This document shows, in pieces, positions 59,596 to 64,000 of a stretch of DNA of 64,000 nt. Below the pieces are notes generated by a model that saw only the letters and a program-made list of their open reading frames with translations, had not been told where the DNA came from and ran no database searches. The position numbers were made by a program, and so were the translations under genes. How positions within the stretch are numbered: position 1 is the stretch's first letter; each line of letters begins with the position of its first letter. This DNA comes from Chloroflexota bacterium (GTDB lineage: Bacteria > Chloroflexota > JAJPGV01), in assembly GCA_021325635.1 (NCBI GenBank), contig JAJPGV010000018.1, forward strand, positions 94,412 to 158,411, read 5' to 3'.

Positions 59596-60390
59596 TTGGC
59601 AAAGCTGACGGTCGCTGCGCTGCAGCAGATGAAGCGCGACGGCAAGAAGATCGCGGCGATGGTGGCCTACGAGTACAACATGGCCAAGATCCTGGATAAG
59701 GCAGGCGCGGACCTCATCTCGGTTGGCGACAGCGTGGGCATGCGCTTCCTCGGGCAGGTGACGCATTACGAGACCACCATGGAGCAGATGATCCAGTGCT
59801 GCTACGCGGTGACGCAGGCGGTCGAGCACGCGGTGGTGAACTGCGACCTGCCCTTCGGTCCGATACAGGAAGGGCCGGATTCCGCCGTCCGCGCGGCTAT
59901 ACGGCTGGTGAAAGAGGGCCGGGCTGAGATGGTCAAGGTCGACGGCGCGGCCGAGAACCCGGAGGCGGTGCGAGCCATCGCCCGCGCCGGCATCCCGGTG
60001 TGGGCCCAGTTCGGCTTCACGCCGCAGACGACGCAGCAGTTCGGCGGCTTCGAGAGCATCACCGACGACATCCGCGCCAAGATGAAGGACACCCTGGTCA
60101 GCCAGGCCAAGATGCTGGAAGAGGCCGGTGCCTCGATGTTCGACTGCACCAACGTGGGCAATGAGATCGTGGGCGCGATCGCCAAGGCCGTGAGCATCCC
60201 GGTGCTGGGCGGTTTCAACACCGGTCCGGCGGCCGATGGCCGTGTCACCGTAAGCTACGGCTATGTGGGCTATGACGGCAACCGCATCGACGCCGAGCCC
60301 CGGCGAGGGGGCATCAACGTGGCCAAGACGATCTCCGACGCGGTGTCGGGCTACTTCGCCAGCGTACGCGACGGGACGGCCGCGCCATAG
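59596..60390 (+). CDS. 3-methyl-2-oxobutanoate hydroxymethyltransferase (PanB)-family / ICL-PEPM-superfamily enzyme
   Basis: TTG start 8 nt after AGGGAG. PanB-like pattern (KIAAMVAYEYNMAKILDKAGADLISVGDSVGM...CDLPFG). Confidence 0.65.
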   Translation: MAKLTVAALQQMKRDGKKIAAMVAYEYNMAKILDKAGADLISVGDSVGMRFLGQVTHYETTMEQMIQCCYAVTQAVEHAVVNCDLPFGPIQEGPDSAVRAAIRLVKEGRAEMVKVDGAAENPEAVRAIARAGIPVWAQFGFTPQTTQQFGGFESITDDIRAKMKDTLVSQAKMLEEAGASMFDCTNVGNEIVGAIAKAVSIPVLGGFNTGPAADGRVTVSYGYVGYDGNRIDAEPRRGGINVAKTISDAVSGYFASVRDGTAAP

Positions 60391-60432
60391 CGAACAGCGG
60401 GAAATCTCTGGACTGCTTGGAGGGAATGCGAA

Positions 60433-61329
60433 ATGGCTGAAATCGTAGGCTGCCTGGCGATGTCGCATGCGCCACAGCTGATGCTCGACCCGGATCAATG
60501 GCATCTGCTCAACACCCGCGACTGGGACCCGCTGCCGGAGCGGCCGGAGCTCAAGCTCGAGACGAATGAGGATCGCTGGCGTAAGTGGCAGAAGTGCCAG
60601 GACGCCATCGCTCAGCTGCGGGACAAGCTGGCCGAGCTGAATCCCGACACGGTCGTGCTCGTGGGCGACGATCAGCACGAGAATTTCCGCGAGCAGGGCA
60701 TGCCGCCCTTCACCGTCTTCATGGGTGAGGAAGCCGAGGCCAGCATCAGTCTGCGTTACCTCGACGAGAAGCTCAGCGACAACCGCACCTGCTATCGCGT
60801 GGACTCCTCGCTCGCGCGCTGGCTGGTGGACCAGCTCATGGAGGAGGGCTTCGACCCGGCCTATTCGCTGAAGACCAGCTACGAGGGCGGGCTGGGCCAT
60901 GCCTTCGCCCGCGTGCTCAAGTTCCTCACGCCGGACGCGTCCCGGGCCGTGGTGCCGGTGCTGGTCAATACCTACTATCCGCCGGCTCCGTCGCCGCGCC
61001 GCTGCGTGCAGTTCGGCCACGCGCTGCGCAAGGTCATCGCCCAGTTCCCCGAATCGCGCCGCGTGCTGGCGGTAGCCTCCGGCGGGCTTACTCATACGAA
61101 GATCGTGGAGTCCCTGGACCACGAGTTCATCAAGGCGATCGAGGACAACGACCTGACGTATATGGAGCGCATGGCGCCCGACGACCTCACCGGCGGCAGC
61201 TCGGAAATCAGGAACTGGTCCGTCATCGCGGCTATGGCCGGCAAGGCGGGTCGGGTGATCGAGTACCAGCCGCTGTACCGCACCACCAACGGCGTCGGCT
61301 GCGCCATGGGCTTCGCCCACTGGCTGTAG
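60433..61329 (+). CDS. LigB-family (class III) extradiol ring-cleavage dioxygenase
   Basis: N-terminal MSHAPQ plus His ligands (HENF...GGLTH) typical of protocatechuate-4,5- / gallate-dioxygenase catalytic subunits. Confidence 0.8.
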   Translation: MAEIVGCLAMSHAPQLMLDPDQWHLLNTRDWDPLPERPELKLETNEDRWRKWQKCQDAIAQLRDKLAELNPDTVVLVGDDQHENFREQGMPPFTVFMGEEAEASISLRYLDEKLSDNRTCYRVDSSLARWLVDQLMEEGFDPAYSLKTSYEGGLGHAFARVLKFLTPDASRAVVPVLVNTYYPPAPSPRRCVQFGHALRKVIAQFPESRRVLAVASGGLTHTKIVESLDHEFIKAIEDNDLTYMERMAPDDLTGGSSEIRNWSVIAAMAGKAGRVIEYQPLYRTTNGVGCAMGFAHWL

Positions 61330-61334
61330 GTGTC

Positions 61335-61610
61335 CCCGCCGGCCGGCTCGTCCGCGAGGGTGCAGCGCGGGCCTTGCGCCCCGCCGTGGTTGCGGGGACA
61401 AATGGGCTGGATGGCGAACGATGACGGGCGGGGGACAAGCCCCCGTGCTACATGGTTCGGAATGGCCCGCCGGCCGGCTCGTCTGCGAGGGTGTAGCGCG
61501 GGGCCTTGCGCCCCGCTCTGGTTGCGCGGACAAATGGGCTGGATGGCAAACGATGATGGGCGGGGGACAAGCCCCCGTGCTACATGGTTCGGAATGGCCG
61601 CCGGCCGGCG
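61335..61610. repeat. tandem direct repeat, two ~131-bp copies (>90% identical) plus a 12-bp start of a third
   Basis: Copy 1 runs ~61335-61465 and copy 2 ~61466-61597. Each contains the hairpin CGGGGG-acaag-CCCCCG. The overlapping 111-aa ORF (61330..61665) translates to a repeated nonsense peptide. Confidence 0.7.
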
Positions 61611-61657
61611 CGCGACGAACGACGCCGCGAAACAGCTGAATAACGAGGAGCGTGCAA

Positions 61658-62770
61658 ATGGCTGATAAGGTGCTGGCCGCCGTCAAGATTGGGCCGAAGC
61701 AGACGGAGCTCAGGGAGCTCGAGCTGCCGGACATCCCTCCCGAAGCCGGCTTGCTGAAGGTCGAGGCCGCCGGCATCTGCGGCAGCGACGTGATGAGCTA
61801 TCCCAGGGAGGACCGCGGCCACCTGATCATGGGGCACGAGAACGTTGGTGTCATCGCCAAGGTGGGCCGTGTGGCCGCCGAGCGCTGGGGCGTGCGTGAA
61901 GGCGACCGGGTGGCGATCGAGGAGTACCTGCCGTGCTGGCACTGCGAGTGGTGCCACGTTGGCGAGTACCGGCTGTGCAAGACGGCCGACCACTTCTTCG
62001 ATCCCAATAACCTGCGCTTCGGCTCGACGCCGCTGCAGCGGGATCCCGGGCTGTGGGGCGGCTTCAGCCAGTACCTCTACCTGCCGCCGCAAACGGTCAT
62101 GCATCGCGTGCCCTCTGGTCCGCCATTGGAGCAGCTGGCGATGGCGCTGCCGATGGGCAACGGCGTGCAGTGGGCCTGCGTCGAAGGGGAGGCCGGCCCC
62201 GGCAAGACCGTCGTCATCATGGGCCCGGGCCAGCAGGGGCTGGCCTGCGTCGTGGCCGCCCGGGCCTCCGGCGCCCACAAGGTGATCGTCACCGGCACCG
62301 GCCGCGACGGCTACCGCCTGGACATTGCCCGCCAGCTGGGCGCCGACGCCACGATCGACATTCAAGCCGAAGACCTGCGCCAGCGGATCGCCGACCTCAC
62401 CGATGGCCGCGGGGTCGATTCCGTGGTCGATACCACCAATGCGCGCGGGACGCAGGTGATCGTCGACGCCATCGACATCCTCAAGCACAAGGGCGGCGTC
62501 ATGGTGGCGCAGGGCACACCGACGGTGCCCGATTTTCCGCTGGGCAAGCTGACCCGCAAGTACATCACGCTTAAGAGCGCGCGCGGCCACAGCTACCAGT
62601 CGGTGGAGATCGGGCTGTCCTATATCGCTTCCGGCCGCTACCCCCTGCACCTGATCACCACCGACAAGTTCGGGCTGGATAGGGTGGATACGGCCATCCG
62701 GTCCACCGGCGGAGAGGTGAGCTCCACGTCTATCCACGTCACGGTTGACCCGTGGCTGGCGATTGCTTGA
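61658..62770 (+). CDS. zinc-dependent alcohol/threonine-dehydrogenase-like MDR oxidoreductase
   Basis: Catalytic Zn (GICGSDV...GHE), structural Zn Cys4 (CWHCEWCHVGEYRLC) and NAD Rossmann (VIMGPGQQG). GAGGAG RBS. Confidence 0.85.
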   Translation: MADKVLAAVKIGPKQTELRELELPDIPPEAGLLKVEAAGICGSDVMSYPREDRGHLIMGHENVGVIAKVGRVAAERWGVREGDRVAIEEYLPCWHCEWCHVGEYRLCKTADHFFDPNNLRFGSTPLQRDPGLWGGFSQYLYLPPQTVMHRVPSGPPLEQLAMALPMGNGVQWACVEGEAGPGKTVVIMGPGQQGLACVVAARASGAHKVIVTGTGRDGYRLDIARQLGADATIDIQAEDLRQRIADLTDGRGVDSVVDTTNARGTQVIVDAIDILKHKGGVMVAQGTPTVPDFPLGKLTRKYITLKSARGHSYQSVEIGLSYIASGRYPLHLITTDKFGLDRVDTAIRSTGGEVSSTSIHVTVDPWLAIA

Positions 62771-62834
62771 TAATGCGGCGCGAATAGCGACCGCCTGCGC
62801 AGGTTGCGGCGGTTAGCGCCCTAAGGAGGTTTCC

Positions 62835-64000
62835 ATGGAGCTCGACCCGGAACAGGAGCGACCGTTCATGCAGCTGTCTCGCCGAAAGGTGCTGCGGGCC
62901 GCCGGCCTCGCCGGCCTGGCACTACCCGTGCTGGCCGCCTGCGCTGGTACTCAGCCCGCCGCCAGCCCTTCGACGCAGCCGACCACGCCATCCGGCGCGG
63001 CCTTGGCCAGTTCCTCCGGCGCCGCCTCGGCCCCGGCGTCGGCCAAGCCGGCCGCCGCCAGCGGGTCGGTCGCAGCCAAGCCCAGCGCATCCGCCCCCGG
63101 CGCCTCGGCGACCGCTGCCGGCAGCTTCCCGGTGGTCAAGCCGGAGTTCAGCCTGAAGGAGCGCGACCGGCGCTGGGCAGCGGTGCGCGCGGTCATGGGC
63201 CGGGCGCCCTGGAACCTGGACGCCATCCTCGTGCCTGGCATGAGCGACCAGGCCTACACTCGCTATCTCAGCCAGGTCACCAGCGCGGACATGATCTTCC
63301 CGCGCGACGGCTCGAAGAAGGCGCTGGTGCTGACCGGAGGCGGCCGCAACATGCAGTTCTGGCAGGCTCCGCTCAAGGATTGGCTGGCTGATGGCAAGAT
63401 GACCCTGGGCGATAAGACCGGTTCCCGCGGGGCCATCGACGGTCTGAAAAGCCTGGGTTTGGACGCGGCGGGCACCAGGATTGGTGTGGCCAAGCTGAGC
63501 GGCAGCCGGTTCGATCCGGAGGGCCTGGTGTCGGCCACCTACCTTGACGCCGTGAAGAAGGCCCTGCCGGGCGTGGCCTTTGTGGGCATCGAGCAATGGG
63601 GCGCGGACCCTGGTCCGGTGGACGCCGCGGCCATGGTCAAGAGCGACGAGGAGCAGGCGGCGGTGAAACGCGCCATAGCTGCCGGGGAGAAGACGCTGCA
63701 GGCGCTGGCCCAGGCGGCGTCATCGGCCAAGACCCAGGCCGAGCTGTGGTTCGCCACCTTCTCGACCATGTTCCAGGCGACCGGGGAAGAGCCCACGCGC
63801 GTCTCACTCGGACTGGACGTTCCTGCCAACTTCACGCTGGGCGTACCTACGGCCGATGCCGTGAAGGAGGGCCAGATCGTCAGCCAGGAGCTGGACAACA
63901 CCGTGCAGGGCTATCGCGCCCAGGTGAACCACTCGATCTTCATCGGCGGCGCCGGAACGCCGGGCTACGACTACTACGCCGCCGCGATGAAGGCCGCCGT
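62835..64000 (+). CDS. Tat-secreted lipoprotein, creatinase/Xaa-Pro peptidase (M24)-like, 3' end outside window
   Basis: AAGGAGG RBS, Tat motif SRRKVLRAAGLAGLA plus a lipobox-like AACAG, an Ala/Ser-rich linker, then M24-like regions (GYRAQVNHSIFIGG). Not in the supplied ORF list because no stop falls before the window end. Confidence 0.55.
   Translation, partial: MELDPEQERPFMQLSRRKVLRAAGLAGLALPVLAACAGTQPAASPSTQPTTPSGAALASSSGAASAPASAKPAAASGSVAAKPSASAPGASATAAGSFPVVKPEFSLKERDRRWAAVRAVMGRAPWNLDAILVPGMSDQAYTRYLSQVTSADMIFPRDGSKKALVLTGGGRNMQFWQAPLKDWLADGKMTLGDKTGSRGAIDGLKSLGLDAAGTRIGVAKLSGSRFDPEGLVSATYLDAVKKALPGVAFVGIEQWGADPGPVDAAAMVKSDEEQAAVKRAIAAGEKTLQALAQAASSAKTQAELWFATFSTMFQATGEEPTRVSLGLDVPANFTLGVPTADAVKEGQIVSQELDNTVQGYRAQVNHSIFIGGAGTPGYDYYAAAMKAA

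Noticed and set aside
61335-61610. Tandem glycine-riboswitch-like aptamers upstream of the threonine-dehydrogenase-like ADH
   Set aside because: The repeat units lack the glycine-riboswitch core motifs (GGAGAG / ACCGAAGG-type). Kept only as an unclassified tandem repeat.
61330-61665. 111-aa ORF on the plus strand
   Set aside because: Simply the translation of the 131-bp tandem repeat, giving a duplicated nonsense peptide. Treated as a repeat, not a gene.
59428-61776. 782-aa ORF on the minus strand
   Set aside because: Antisense across PanB-like, LigB and the tandem repeat; no domain signal.
61580-62737. 385-aa ORF on the minus strand
   Set aside because: Antisense to the Zn-ADH gene.

Overview
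High-GC (roughly two-thirds G+C) bacterial chromosomal window, gene-dense on both strands, with the codon bias of an actinobacterial / Chloroflexi-like genome. Nothing here was searched against a database; all calls rest on motifs I can read in the translations and on start/RBS context.

Read left to right:
- the 3' end of a glyoxylate-shunt operon (isocitrate lyase tail, malate synthase A) and an M1 aminopeptidase;
- a Rieske dioxygenase alpha/beta pair and a MarR–YceI–pirin divergon;
- an arsenic-resistance island (aquaglyceroporin, arsC, arsR, arsM) interrupted by an IS1595-family transposase carrying two low-GC cargo genes;
- a GAF protein next to a giant (~1290–1390 aa) fused ferredoxin / GltD-NfnB-like / PyrK-NfnA-like flavoprotein;
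- MFS, ICMT-like and PadR genes;
- a translationally coupled assimilatory nitrate operon (narK, nasA, nirB, nirD, then an atypical OmpR-family regulator);
- hemerythrin, GyrI-like and membrane/envelope genes including a bactofilin-like beta-helix protein;
- a metal-homeostasis patch (SmtB/ArsR + CDF, fused double-permease ABC importer, Zn-metallopeptidase, ZnuA-like binding protein);
- a cluster of five tRNAs (Tyr, three Ser isoacceptors, Asp);
- YlbL-like PDZ/Lon protease, family-4 UDG, homoserine kinase, a bifunctional ManC/ManB, a split Nit + NadE pair, a large GAF-GGDEF-EAL protein;
- an aromatic-catabolism-like cluster (amidohydrolase-2, PanB-like, LigB extradiol dioxygenase, Zn-ADH) that contains a ~131-bp tandem intergenic repeat, and finally a Tat-secreted M24-like peptidase truncated by the window edge.

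Most worth a second look: the giant fused electron-transfer flavoprotein, the IS-borne HEPN-like cargo inserted in the arsenic island, the tandem repeat upstream of the ADH, and several perfect palindromic operators.
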